A stretch of 33,467 bases of DNA from an uncultured Mediterraneibacter sp. (GCA_944375755.1 CALWBC010000057.1:1-33467); one strand, 5' to 3'. Numbered from the stretch's first letter, positions 8,835 to 17,877 are shown. Numbers and translations: made by a program. Notes: a model not told the origin generated them from the sequence alone.

Positions 8835-8855
8835 CTCTTTCGTCTTCCTTCCTGT

Positions 8856-9551
8856 TTATCGCTTTCTTCTCTGCACCAGCATCACCAGCCCGACGCACAT
8901 CATCGCAATCGCCAGAATGTGAATAACGGTACTGATGGAAGCAGAAATCGAGTCATCCACCAGAGGCACACAGCAGTTAATCAGAAGTCCCATAGAAATC
9001 AGCGCAGGGATATTCTTCCCTCTGCGTTCCGAGGCAATCCCGCTTTTCTTTTCCTCCAGATCCGCCAGCACATCATCCGTCCGAAAAGCCGCATTTGCGG
9101 TTATCATTATACACACCAGAATCAGAATACCGAATATCCATGCGAAGTCATTTCCCATAAGGCCGGATAATACCTCCCCTCCGAAACAGATCAGCCCCAG
9201 AATCGTAACTGCCTTGAACATTCTGCGTATTTTTCTGTAATGCTCGATCTCCGACTCCACATCCGTATAGAGTTCAAATGGTCCGTCAGCCGCCTTTTTC
9301 CGGAGAATAATCCAGTAGCCCCAGAGCACCATAATCTCTACACCGAGTTCATTCATCAGCTCCCGGTACTCATTGCTGACCGCATACAGCTTATCACCGA
9401 AATCGATCTGATAAATGTATTCCCCTTTTTCACATTTCTCAAATCTGTAAAATCCGGCAAAGAATCCGGTCAGCGCCCATCCCTCGGCCGCCATTTCATT
9501 CAGCCAGGCCGTCTCAGTATCTTTATTGTAATATAATCGGAATTTAACCAT
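8856..9551 (-). CDS. DUF2812 domain-containing membrane protein
   Basis: 'ETAWLNEMAAEGWAL', 'YRFEK', 'YQIDF', 'FELYTD' followed by TM helices; coupled to the PadR gene. Confidence 0.85.
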   Translation of the reverse strand: MVKFRLYYNKDTETAWLNEMAAEGWALTGFFAGFYRFEKCEKGEYIYQIDFGDKLYAVSNEYRELMNELGVEIMVLWGYWIILRKKAADGPFELYTDVESEIEHYRKIRRMFKAVTILGLICFGGEVLSGLMGNDFAWIFGILILVCIMITANAAFRTDDVLADLEEKKSGIASERRGKNIPALISMGLLINCCVPLVDDSISASISTVIHILAIAMMCVGLVMLVQRRKR

Positions 9552-9870
9552 CGCTCTCTTCCTCCATCAGCGCCGCATTGTCAAGCAGCTCCTTCAGTCT
9601 CGCCCTCTCTGTTTCAAATGCCTGCCGTCCAAGATCCGTAATAATGTATTCCTTCTTTTTCCTCGATTCCGTATCCTGACTGTATATCCTGATCCATTCT
9701 CTCTTCTGCATGGTCTGCAGAGCACCGTAAAGCGTTCCCGGACCAAGAACCACTCGCCCGCCTGTCAGCTGTTCCACCTCCTGGATAACTCCATAGCCGT
9801 GATTCGGCCTGCGCAGGGCCAGAAGAATATAAAAAAATGCTTCTGTCAACGGGGTATCTTTCTCCGACAT
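9544..9870 (-). CDS. PadR family transcriptional regulator
   Basis: 'LTEAFFYILLAL', 'HGYGVIQEV', 'GPGTLYGAL', 'KKEYIITDLGR'; alternative start at 9888. Confidence 0.92.
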   Translation of the reverse strand: MSEKDTPLTEAFFYILLALRRPNHGYGVIQEVEQLTGGRVVLGPGTLYGALQTMQKREWIRIYSQDTESRKKKEYIITDLGRQAFETERARLKELLDNAALMEEESDG

Positions 9871-9898
9871 CCTCTCACTCCTTTCCATTCGTCTCCTG

Positions 9899-9957
9899 AT
9901 ATATCGTTAAATGATATATTGCAATTATAATATATCGTAAACTGATATATCTGTCAA
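9899..9957 (-). promoter_or_regulatory. PadR promoter with two palindromic operators
   Basis: TTGACA (9957-9952), 17 bp, TATATT; operators ATATATCGTTAAATGATATAT (9899-9919) and ATATATCGTAAACTGATATAT (9930-9950). Confidence 0.75.
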
Positions 9958-9979
9958 GACAGTTTTAAAATCTTGCAAT

Positions 9980-10026
9980 AAAAAAATAACAGTCCTGCCC
10001 GGTTATTCCCGGACAGGACTGTTTTT
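9980..10026 (-). terminator. Intrinsic terminator after the response regulator
   Basis: AACAGTCCTGCCCGG / CCGGACAGGACTGTT stem with flanking A/T tracts. Confidence 0.8.
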
Positions 10027-10037
10027 CTGCGTTATTC

Positions 10038-10730
10038 TTATACTTTAAACCGATATCCCACGCCCCATATCGTCTCAATATACTGCGGGTGAGATGTATC
10101 GTACTCGATCTTCTCCCTGATCTTCTTGATATGAACCGTCACAGTCGCAATATCGCCGATGGATTCCATATCCCAGATTTCCCGGAAAAGTTCTTCCTTG
10201 GAGTATACATGATTCGGATGGCTCGCAAGAAACGTAAGAAGGTCAAACTCCTTTGTAGTGAAGGATTTCTCCTCTCCATTGACCCACACACGCCTTGCTG
10301 TTGTGTCGATTTTAAGCCCTCTGATCTCAATCACCTTGTTCTCTTCCACATTGCTTCCGATCAGCCGCTCATAACGCGCAAGATGCGCTTTCACTCTTGC
10401 CACCAGTTCACTTGGACTGAAAGGCTTTGTCATGTAATCATCCGCGCCAAGCCCGAGTCCTCTGATCTTGTCAATGTCATCCTTTTTCGCCGAAACCATG
10501 ATGATCGGTGTATTTTTCTGATCCCGGATCTGCCTGCAGATCTCAAATCCGTCAACTCCGGGAAGCATCAGATCCAGAATAATCAGGTCAAAGTCGCCTT
10601 CCATTCCTTTCTTAAGTCCGGTCTGGCCGTCATTTGCCACCTCGACCTCAAAATTACTCAGCTCCAGATAATCCTTTTCAAGATCGGCAATGCTTTCCTC
10701 GTCTTCTACGATCAAAATCCGCTTACTCAT
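10038..10730 (-). CDS. OmpR/PhoB family response regulator
   Basis: 'ILIVEDE', 'LDLMLPGVDG', 'GADDYMTKPF', 'TVTVHIKKIREKI', 'IETIWGVGY'. Confidence 0.95.
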   Translation of the reverse strand: MSKRILIVEDEESIADLEKDYLELSNFEVEVANDGQTGLKKGMEGDFDLIILDLMLPGVDGFEICRQIRDQKNTPIIMVSAKKDDIDKIRGLGLGADDYMTKPFSPSELVARVKAHLARYERLIGSNVEENKVIEIRGLKIDTTARRVWVNGEEKSFTTKEFDLLTFLASHPNHVYSKEELFREIWDMESIGDIATVTVHIKKIREKIEYDTSHPQYIETIWGVGYRFKV

Positions 10731-11778
10731 CAATCGGTACCTCCTGATATTTTCTTATTACAAAATACATTGTCGTACCAGCGCCCTCTTCACTGGTTGC
10801 CCAGATATTTCCTCCATGTTCTTCCACGATCTTTTTCACGATCGAAAGACCGATGCCGCTGCCGCCCTTCGAGGAATTCCTCGAGGCATCCGTCCGGTAG
10901 AAACGGTCGAAAATGTAAGGCAGATCCTTTGCGGCGATCCCTTTTCCGTTATCGCCCAGTTCCACCTGGACGAAATCTCCCACGTCCTTTACTTCCATCG
11001 TGATCTTTCCCTTCGGCTTATCCATATACTTCAGAGAATTGGACACGATATTATTGATAACCCTTCGCAGCTGCTCCGGATCCACGATCACCTTGCAGTC
11101 CTCCTCCATGGCATTGCGGTAGGTAAACGAAACATTTTTCGCCTCCAGTTCCATATGAAGGTCTTCCGCACAGTCCTCAAAATAATCTTTCGCAGACAAT
11201 GTCGCAAAATTGTATGGGATTCTGTTTGTATCGATCTTTGAATACAGAGTCAGTTCATTGATGAGAAGATCCATCTCATTAGCTTTATTATATATGGTCT
11301 TGATGTATCTGTCCATCTTTTCCGGCGTATCCGCCACGCCGTCCATGATTCCCTCCACGTACCCCTTGATCGCGGTAATAGGCGTCTTCAGATCATGAGA
11401 AATATTGCTGATCAGCTCCTTGTTTTCCCGGTCAAACGCCACCTTTTCCTCCGCGTTAGCCTTCAGACGCAGACGCATTTCCTCAAAATCCTGACAGAGC
11501 TGACCGATCTCATCATCCGATTGCTGGTGAATCTCGAAGTCAATATTCCCCTCCTTGATGTTTCTCGCCGCTTTCTGGAGCTTTGTCAGCGGAACGGATA
11601 CGGACCGGTAGATCCATGAGATGAGCAGGGCTGTTGTGATAAACACAAGCAGAATATAAAGCTGCAGAATCTCTCCCGCCTCTCCTCTTCCGAATGTATG
11701 GATCCCGACATTCATGAAAATACTCGGCAGAATAATCACAGCCAGAAACACAATAATCAGTTTTGTTTTCAGTTTCAT
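10723..11778 (-). CDS. HAMP-domain sensor histidine kinase with a short extracytoplasmic loop
   Basis: Two N-terminal TMs, HAMP 'DEIGQL', H-box 'SHDLKTP', N-box 'NIVSNSLKY', G-boxes 'DNGKGI' and 'GSGIGL'. Confidence 0.95.
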   Translation of the reverse strand: MKLKTKLIIVFLAVIILPSIFMNVGIHTFGRGEAGEILQLYILLVFITTALLISWIYRSVSVPLTKLQKAARNIKEGNIDFEIHQQSDDEIGQLCQDFEEMRLRLKANAEEKVAFDRENKELISNISHDLKTPITAIKGYVEGIMDGVADTPEKMDRYIKTIYNKANEMDLLINELTLYSKIDTNRIPYNFATLSAKDYFEDCAEDLHMELEAKNVSFTYRNAMEEDCKVIVDPEQLRRVINNIVSNSLKYMDKPKGKITMEVKDVGDFVQVELGDNGKGIAAKDLPYIFDRFYRTDASRNSSKGGSGIGLSIVKKIVEEHGGNIWATSEEGAGTTMYFVIRKYQEVPIDE

Positions 11779-11796
11779 AGGCAGCTCCTTTCAAAG

Positions 11797-11845
11797 ATAA
11801 GAAAAGAGACAGGACGCATCAGAAAGGGTCCTGTCCCTTTTATCT
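11797..11845 (-). terminator. Terminator-like hairpin after metK
   Basis: Minus strand AAAAGGGACAGGAC-loop-GUCCUGUCUCUUUUCUU. Confidence 0.7.
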
Positions 11846-11858
11846 CCGTTTGTTGAAT

Positions 11859-11887
11859 ATTTTACAAATATTTCTTCAAATCGTCAA
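11859..11887 (-). promoter_or_regulatory. Putative sigma-A promoter overlapping the metK stop codon
   Basis: TTGACG (11887-11882), 17 bp, TAAAAT (11864-11859). Confidence 0.5.
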
Positions 11888-13049
11888 CCTTGTCAAGTTT
11901 TTCCCACGGCAGATCCAGATCATTTCTTCCGAAATGTCCGTAAGCCGCAGTCTGTTTGTAAATCGGTCTGCGCAGATCCAGCATGCGGATGATGCCCGCC
12001 GGTCTGAAATCAAAGTTCTCGCGGAGAATCTCCACCAGTTTGTCATCGGTTACTTTTCCCGTACCGAATGTGTCAACCGAGATCGATGTCGGGTGCGCCA
12101 CGCCGATCGCATAGGAGAGCTGGATCTCGCATCTCTTCGCAAGTCCTGCCGCAACCACATTTTTTGCTGCGTAACGTGCCGCATATGCTGCTGAACGGTC
12201 TACCTTCGTGCAGTCTTTTCCGGAAAAAGCCCCGCCGCCGTGACGTGCCATTCCACCGTAGGTGTCCACGATGATCTTACGTCCGGTCAGTCCACTGTCC
12301 CCGTGCGGTCCGCCGATTACGAATCGTCCGGTCGGATTGATAAAGAATTTAGTATTTTCATCAACACTATCTTCAGGAATAATCGCATCGAAAACATATT
12401 TTTTAATATCCTCGTGGATCTGCTCCTGGGTCACCTCCGGATCATGCTGCGTGGAAAGCACAACCGCATCCAGTCTCTTCGGAACACGGTTCTCATCATA
12501 TTCTACTGTCACCTGTGTTTTTCCGTCCGGACGAAGATATGGCAGTGTACCATTCTTTCTCACCTCAGTCAGACGGCGTGCCAGCTTGTGTGCCATCGCG
12601 ACCGGGTACGGCATATATTCCTCTGTTTCATCCGAAGCATAGCCGAACATCATTCCCTGATCACCTGCGCCGATCGCTTCGATATCATCTTCGGACATTG
12701 TATGCTCCTTTGCTTCCAGCGCCTTGTCAACGCCCAGCGCAATATCCGCGGACTGCTCGTCAATGGTGGTGATCACGCCGCAAGTATCCGCATCAAATCC
12801 ATATTTTCCTCTTGTATATCCGATCTCGCGCACTGTATCACGGACAATCTTCGGAATATCCACATACGCTTTTGTAGTAATCTCGCCCATAACCATAACC
12901 ATTCCGGTTGTACAGCACGTCTCGCATGCCACACGGCTCATGGGATCCTGCTCCATCAGCGCGTCCAGAATCGCATCAGAAATCTGGTCGCACATTTTAT
13001 CCGGGTGTCCCTCAGTGACAGACTCAGATGTAAATAACAGTTTTTCCAT
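11862..13049 (-). CDS. metK: Methionine adenosyltransferase (SAM synthetase)
   Basis: '[13 protein letters not shown]', 'GAGDQG', 'GGGAFSGKD'; start MEKLL at 13049 with AAAGGAG RBS. Confidence 0.98.
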   Translation of the reverse strand: MEKLLFTSESVTEGHPDKMCDQISDAILDALMEQDPMSRVACETCCTTGMVMVMGEITTKAYVDIPKIVRDTVREIGYTRGKYGFDADTCGVITTIDEQSADIALGVDKALEAKEHTMSEDDIEAIGAGDQGMMFGYASDETEEYMPYPVAMAHKLARRLTEVRKNGTLPYLRPDGKTQVTVEYDENRVPKRLDAVVLSTQHDPEVTQEQIHEDIKKYVFDAIIPEDSVDENTKFFINPTGRFVIGGPHGDSGLTGRKIIVDTYGGMARHGGGAFSGKDCTKVDRSAAYAARYAAKNVVAAGLAKRCEIQLSYAIGVAHPTSISVDTFGTGKVTDDKLVEILRENFDFRPAGIIRMLDLRRPIYKQTAAYGHFGRNDLDLPWEKLDKVDDLKKYL

Positions 13050-13111
13050 ATTACAGATCTCCTTTCTGTGATCGCGGCATATGCCGCTGACATAACTTTC
13101 TCTTGTCGGAT

Positions 13112-13267
13112 TTTCGTCAGGCAAGGATTGCCTGCGCAGATGTACTCCGGCGGCTGCCGGGCTTGCACGAGCGGACGAGGGAGTACATCTGCATAGGCAG
13201 GCTGCCAGCGACCAAGATGAAGCGAAACGGAATCGAGGTGCAAGCAGGCAATCCTTGCCTGACGAAA
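13112..13267. repeat. 156-nt palindromic MITE/REP-like element in the metK leader
   Basis: Perfect 24-bp terminal IR TTTCGTCAGGCAAGGATTGCCTGC (13112-13135 / 13244-13267); inner perfect 13-bp IR GCAGATGTACTCC / GGAGTACATCTGC. Confidence 0.7.
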
Positions 13268-13299
13268 GAAAACAGCCCGCGTAAGCGGACTGTCTGTTT
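13264..13299 (-). terminator. SAM riboswitch expression-platform terminator
   Basis: Minus strand ACAGUCCGC-UUAC-GCGGGCUGU-UUUCUUUC directly after the aptamer. Confidence 0.75.
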
Positions 13300-13311
13300 A
13301 TCATAACAATC

Positions 13312-13408
13312 CTCTTATTGTTCGATTACTCGCTCAGGTTGGCACCTTCCTGTCAGGGGTTGCCGCAGCTTCACAGATCCTTTGTATCTCCACTGCTCTG
13401 AATAAGAG
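13312..13408 (-). ncRNA. SAM-I (S-box) riboswitch
   Basis: Minus strand CUCUUAUUCAGAG-CAGUGGAGAU...GUGAAGCUG-CGGCAACC...GGUGCCAACCUG...AAUAAGAG; upstream of metK. Confidence 0.92.
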
Positions 13409-13447
13409 AAAGTCTGTTTATTTAGTTTCTAAATGTTCCACTAAGAC

Positions 13448-13476
13448 ACTTTACTCTGTACACGCTCAAATGTCAA
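13448..13476 (-). promoter_or_regulatory. Sigma-A promoter of the SAM riboswitch-metK transcript
   Basis: TTGACA, 17 bp, TAAAGT. Confidence 0.7.
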
Positions 13477-13545
13477 GTATAATTCAGGTATTTCGTATAT
13501 TAACGGGAAGGTTTCTTGTGGAAACAAAATTCAGGTGTTAATGAA

Positions 13546-15078
13546 TTAACTGCCCGCTTCCGTTATCACCCCATCATCATCAATCTCCACATTTGGCGAC
13601 AGCCCTTCAAGGAAATCGTACAGCTCCCTCTGCTGCGCCGGATCTGATATGTACTGTGTTGTCCGATCTGTCTGCAGGCAGGGCGTGAAAGTCATTTCTT
13701 CGAGTCCGTCCGGTGTAATGGTCAGATTCAAAAGCCCGGTATATTTCGTCTCATCATTAAACCAGAAGTCCCCCATGCTGTAAATCACCGGTTTCCCGTC
13801 CATATATTCCATTCCCTGCAGAACGTGAGGGTGTCCGCCTACCACGATATCCGCGCCGGCATCCAGGAATTCCCTGCCCTGCTCCGTCTGATAGGAAGCG
13901 TACTGATTCACATCCTCCGGTCCCCAGTGAATGTACGCGATCAGATAATCGCACTGTGCCGCTGCTTCTGATATCACCTGATCGTAGAGTGTGGTGTCAT
14001 ATGCCTCGAGTATTCCCGGTGTATCCTCGCCTGCTGCCGGAGTATACAGTGTCAGTTCGGCGTTGCTCGCCGCCACGAATCCGACCTTCATTCCATTAAT
14101 GATAAAATAGACCGGCTGCTCAGCCTCCTCCAGATTCCTGCCGCCTCCCACATAGGGAATGCCCGCCTGATCCAGGTAATCCATCGTATCCAGCATTCCT
14201 TCCTCCCCGTAATCATAGATATGATTATTGGCAAGAGATACCAGATCCGTTCCCATCTCTGTGAGCAGGGACATTCTCTCCGGTCTGGCCCGGAATGTGT
14301 ACAGCTTCCCGGCCAGAGCCTCTCCACGATCGCTGACCGTATACTCATGATTCAGATAGAAGATATCCGCGCCGTTCGTAATCCGCAGTATTTCCGGGGA
14401 GATGCACTGCTCAAGATCATTCACTTCATCGTACCTGTCCAGAACAAATCCGTCTTCTTCCAGACAGAGATCTCCGGCCACACTTACCGTTACCTCTCCA
14501 GCCTGAACTCCGTCCTTCATGTAAATGTTGTGTTCCGCAGCGGTAGCATCATCTTTCAGCCACCCATGATAGTCATCAGACAGCACATGCATGGTAGCTC
14601 CCAGAATATCGTATGCCTCTTCATCCGTGAGAATGCCGTCCGCCGCGGCCTCCTGCAGTCCTGCCTCCATTTTATCCGGGTACTGTTTCTCCACCCAGCC
14701 GGCAAACTTTTCAGCCTCTCCTGATACTCCCCCGCGATCTGAAGCCTTCTCATCCGCCCCCGCGGACGCACCACCCTTGCTCTCCGCGTTTACATCCGCC
14801 GATACTTCCTCTGTTTCACCGTCCGTTCCCGCAGCCGCGCCTCCGCCAGCCAGGAACTGCTCATATCCCGCAGCCACGGCTTCCCGAACGGTTTGGAACT
14901 GTGCCTGACGCTGCGCCTCATCCCTGCGCCCGGCACGGAATCTGACTGCCGCGATAATCACCACCGCGATCACGATCACCAGACACAGCGCGATCAGCAT
15001 CAGCTGTCTCTGCACCTGTCTTCTCCGCCTCATGGCCGCTTCCTTTCTGCTCATCCTTCGCTTCCCGTTTTCCGCCAT
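13546..15078 (-). CDS. CapA (PGA_cap) family metallophosphoesterase, membrane anchored
   Basis: 'VAGDL', 'YLNHE', 'SLANNHIYDYG', 'HWG', 'GGHPHVLQG', 'YSMGDF'; Arg-rich N-terminus plus one TM; ATG at 15078 fits the RBS spacing (alternative 15084). Confidence 0.9.
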   Translation of the reverse strand: MAENGKRRMSRKEAAMRRRRQVQRQLMLIALCLVIVIAVVIIAAVRFRAGRRDEAQRQAQFQTVREAVAAGYEQFLAGGGAAAGTDGETEEVSADVNAESKGGASAGADEKASDRGGVSGEAEKFAGWVEKQYPDKMEAGLQEAAADGILTDEEAYDILGATMHVLSDDYHGWLKDDATAAEHNIYMKDGVQAGEVTVSVAGDLCLEEDGFVLDRYDEVNDLEQCISPEILRITNGADIFYLNHEYTVSDRGEALAGKLYTFRARPERMSLLTEMGTDLVSLANNHIYDYGEEGMLDTMDYLDQAGIPYVGGGRNLEEAEQPVYFIINGMKVGFVAASNAELTLYTPAAGEDTPGILEAYDTTLYDQVISEAAAQCDYLIAYIHWGPEDVNQYASYQTEQGREFLDAGADIVVGGHPHVLQGMEYMDGKPVIYSMGDFWFNDETKYTGLLNLTITPDGLEEMTFTPCLQTDRTTQYISDPAQQRELYDFLEGLSPNVEIDDDGVITEAGS

Positions 15079-15141
15079 TTTCATACTCCTTCCAGGCTTT
15101 CCCGATATCGGGCAGTTTCTGCTTTTTCTTCCGAATTTTTT

Positions 15142-15173
15142 AAAAAAGGCAGAACCGCTGCTACGATTCTGCC
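15142..15173 (-). terminator. Intrinsic terminator after murA
   Basis: Minus strand GGCAGAAUCG-UAGCAG-CGGUUCUGCC-UUUUUU. Confidence 0.8.
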
Positions 15174-15207
15174 TGATATTTTATCCTTTTAACTGGTATA
15201 CGGTTTA

Positions 15208-16500
15208 TCAGCCGACTTTTAATTTGAATTTCTGGATTTCCTTTTCGCTGGTTACTTTCTCGATCATACCGCCCAGGCTCCTGAGTTTTTCCTCAAAGCG
15301 CTCATAGCCTCTCTGGATATAAACGATATCATCCACGATTGTTATTCCATCAGCCGCAAGTCCGGCAATGCAGAGAGCGGCTCCGGCACGAAGATCCGGC
15401 GCGCTCACATGCGCCCCTGAGAATCTTTCCACGCCTTCTATTGTCGCAGAATTTCCTTCTACCTTTACCTGAGCTCCCATTCGTGCCAGCTCTGCCAGAT
15501 ATTTGAAACGATTTTCAAAGATACTCTCTGTAATCGTACTCGTTCCTTTGGCCAGCGCCAGCGTCACACCGATCTGAGGCTGCATATCCGTCGGATACCC
15601 CGGATAAGGAAGTGTCTTTACCTGTGTGCTTCTGAGACGTCCCTTGGACACCACACGAACCGCATCGTCAAACTCTTCCACCTCGCAACCGATATCAATC
15701 AGTTTTGAAATCGTCGCGTCGAGATGCTTCGGAATCACGTTCAGCACAGTGACATCACCCTTGGTGGCCGCTGCGGCAAACATGAATGTTCCCGCTTCGA
15801 TCTGATCTGGAATAATGGAATACTCTGATTTGTGAAGAGATTTTACTCCTCTGATCTTGATCACATCTGTTCCCGCGCCCCTGATATTGGCTCCCATACT
15901 GTTCAGGAAGTTCGCGACATCAACCACATGAGGCTCTTTCGCCACATTTTCCATGATGGTAAGTCCCTCGGACATGGCCGCAGCCATCATTACGTTAATC
16001 GTAGCTCCTACGGAAACCACATCAAAATACAGATGTGTTCCTCTCAGGTGATCCGCCTCGGCAACAATCTTTCCGTGTTCAATATCGACGTCCGCTCCCA
16101 GCGCACGGAATCCTTTCAGATGCTGGTCAATCGGTCTGCTTCCGATATTGCATCCTCCCGGAAGAGCCACCTCCGCGCGTCTGTATTTTCCGAGAAGCGC
16201 TCCCAGAAGATAATAGGACGCCCTGATCTTTTTAATATATTCATATTCGATATCGTAATTGCCAATCGTACTTCCGTTAATCTTGACCGTATGTCTGTCG
16301 ATCCGCTGAACAACCGCACCGATCTCGCTGATTGCCTCCAGCATGACATTGACATCATTGACATCCGGCAGATTGTCGATGAGAACCGTCTCATCTGTCA
16401 TAATAGCCGCCGCCAGAATCGCAAGAGCTGCATTTTTGGCGCCACCGATCTCCACTTCTCCCACAAGCGGATTCCCGCCTTTAATAATATATTGCTCCAT
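15208..16500 (-). CDS. murA: UDP-N-acetylglucosamine 1-carboxyvinyltransferase
   Basis: 'GAKNAAL', 'RASYYLLG', 'PGGCNIGSRPIDQH' (active-site Cys retained), 'PTDMQ', 'DLRAGAAL'; start MEQY at 16500. Confidence 0.97.
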   Translation of the reverse strand: MEQYIIKGGNPLVGEVEIGGAKNAALAILAAAIMTDETVLIDNLPDVNDVNVMLEAISEIGAVVQRIDRHTVKINGSTIGNYDIEYEYIKKIRASYYLLGALLGKYRRAEVALPGGCNIGSRPIDQHLKGFRALGADVDIEHGKIVAEADHLRGTHLYFDVVSVGATINVMMAAAMSEGLTIMENVAKEPHVVDVANFLNSMGANIRGAGTDVIKIRGVKSLHKSEYSIIPDQIEAGTFMFAAAATKGDVTVLNVIPKHLDATISKLIDIGCEVEEFDDAVRVVSKGRLRSTQVKTLPYPGYPTDMQPQIGVTLALAKGTSTITESIFENRFKYLAELARMGAQVKVEGNSATIEGVERFSGAHVSAPDLRAGAALCIAGLAADGITIVDDIVYIQRGYERFEEKLRSLGGMIEKVTSEKEIQKFKLKVG

Positions 16501-16641
16501 TTTGCACCTCAACTTTAAACTTATTATCTTATTTGTATATCCCCTCTGTGCCGCATGTATATGTGAGCGGCTGCCCTGCATACACCGCGGTAAAAGCATG
16601 CGGTTTTAAATATAAACACCCCAAACCGCACCGTCGGTGTT

Positions 16642-16670
16642 ATTATAGCATAAAAAGCGCCTGTTTTAAA
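16642..16670 (-). promoter_or_regulatory. Extended -10 promoter of murA
   Basis: TGCTATAAT (16650-16642) with TTTAAA at the -35 position, 17 bp upstream. Confidence 0.6.
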
Positions 16671-17274
16671 TCGCTTTTTCACAATGATGCTCTCGCGGCA
16701 GCTCAAACCCGGTCTTTTTTTTATTTTTTCCTAATTTTTCACCTGGTTTTCGTCTTTTTTCTGTCGCTTTTTTATAATTGTTCACTTCATCCAGCACATT
16801 TTTAATCGTATCTTCAATACGGTTGCCATCCACGCACACAGTAATATCAGCATATTTCTCAAAATACGGCACCCGCTCATCGTACAGATCCCGGAGTGTC
16901 TGACCCTCCCTGAGCACAACTCCGCGCTTTTTCGGATTTCTGATTCTCTTCTTTATTGTCTGATAGGACGCTTTTAAATATACAATCGTTCCGATCTTTC
17001 TATAATGTTCCATCGCGTCGGCGCAGTAGATTACGCTTCCTCCCGGGGAAATGACGGAATTTCTCACATTCACCCCGGCATTTACCTGATTTTCAATTTT
17101 TAAAAATCCATCCAGCCCCGACTCTTCGATAATCTCACGGAGCAGTTTCTTCTCCTGATCCTGAATCAGAAGATCCGTATCGACAAAACCCATTCCAAGC
17201 CGTTTTGCCACCACAATACCAACCGTGCTCTTTCCCACGGCAGGCATACCGATAAAAATGAGGTTCTTTTTCAT
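16666..17274 (-). CDS. aroK: Shikimate kinase
   Basis: 'IFIGMPAVGKSTVG', 'FVDTD', 'SPGGS', 'ERVPYFEKYAD'; alternative start at 17292. Confidence 0.9.
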   Translation of the reverse strand: MKKNLIFIGMPAVGKSTVGIVVAKRLGMGFVDTDLLIQDQEKKLLREIIEESGLDGFLKIENQVNAGVNVRNSVISPGGSVIYCADAMEHYRKIGTIVYLKASYQTIKKRIRNPKKRGVVLREGQTLRDLYDERVPYFEKYADITVCVDGNRIEDTIKNVLDEVNNYKKATEKRRKPGEKLGKNKKKTGFELPREHHCEKAI

Positions 17275-17370
17275 ATGTTTCTTCTCTTTCATCTGTCTGT
17301 CAATTTCATCTGTCTATCAATTTTGTCCTCTGTTTTTCGTTACCGCCGCCTTTACAGGGCACCGTTTGAG

Positions 17371-17808
17371 TCAGTAAATTCTTCTGCATCTGCGCCGGTG
17401 TCCGCACCTGCGTTTGTACAGTTCCTGATAAAGCATGACTTCCGTCAGATCGCGCAGAAATTCCAGACTGACATTCTCCCTGTCATTTCCCCTCTGATCC
17501 GAATCCGCACGGCCTGTCTTACGGACGTCTCCCGACACCTGAAACATCCGCTCATGTCTTCTGACATTGTCGCAGATACGCCTGCACATCATTTTAAGCT
17601 GCAGTTTATCCGGATATTCGTCATAAACCATACTGTTCTCATACTCCATCCTGTCGCATTCTTCCTCAACATAAGGCAGAATCCGCTTTGGCACATCAGG
17701 ATACAGGCTTTTCAGATATTCAAAATCCCTGCGGTCCGCTCTCTCATCTTCAAGCGGAAACGGCATGGGATACGCCATATAATAAGGCAGCTTTTCATTC
17801 ATGTTCAT
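17371..17808 (-). CDS. Conserved hypothetical protein, possibly sporulation-related
   Basis: ORF with RBS GGGAG; 'YLKSLYP..VEEECDRMEYENSMVYDEYPD' resembles small clostridial spore-associated proteins; CATATAAT upstream. Confidence 0.7.
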   Translation of the reverse strand: MNMNEKLPYYMAYPMPFPLEDERADRRDFEYLKSLYPDVPKRILPYVEEECDRMEYENSMVYDEYPDKLQLKMMCRRICDNVRRHERMFQVSGDVRKTGRADSDQRGNDRENVSLEFLRDLTEVMLYQELYKRRCGHRRRCRRIY

Positions 17809-17877
17809 GGATTCACCACTCCCAGACAGACATTATATGACCAGTATATGCCTGCCGCGGAATGAGGGTGAATCTTT

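Noticed and set aside
1-9900. An integrated mobile element covering the accessory region
   Set aside because: No integrase, transposase, relaxase or flanking direct repeats are visible in this window
10089-13071. Plus-strand ORFs opposite the response regulator, kinase and metK
   Set aside because: Antisense shadows with no independent support
13050-13304. 85-aa N-terminal extension of MetK in the ORF track
   Set aside because: It runs through the riboswitch terminator and the palindromic element; the canonical start with an RBS is at 13049
13546-15078. Poly-gamma-glutamate capsule locus
   Set aside because: Lone CapA-family gene with no capB or capC; such orphans are widespread
15105-15180. 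Alternative pairing around the murA terminator as an antiterminator
   Set aside because: The competing strand lies downstream of the U tract, so it cannot form before termination
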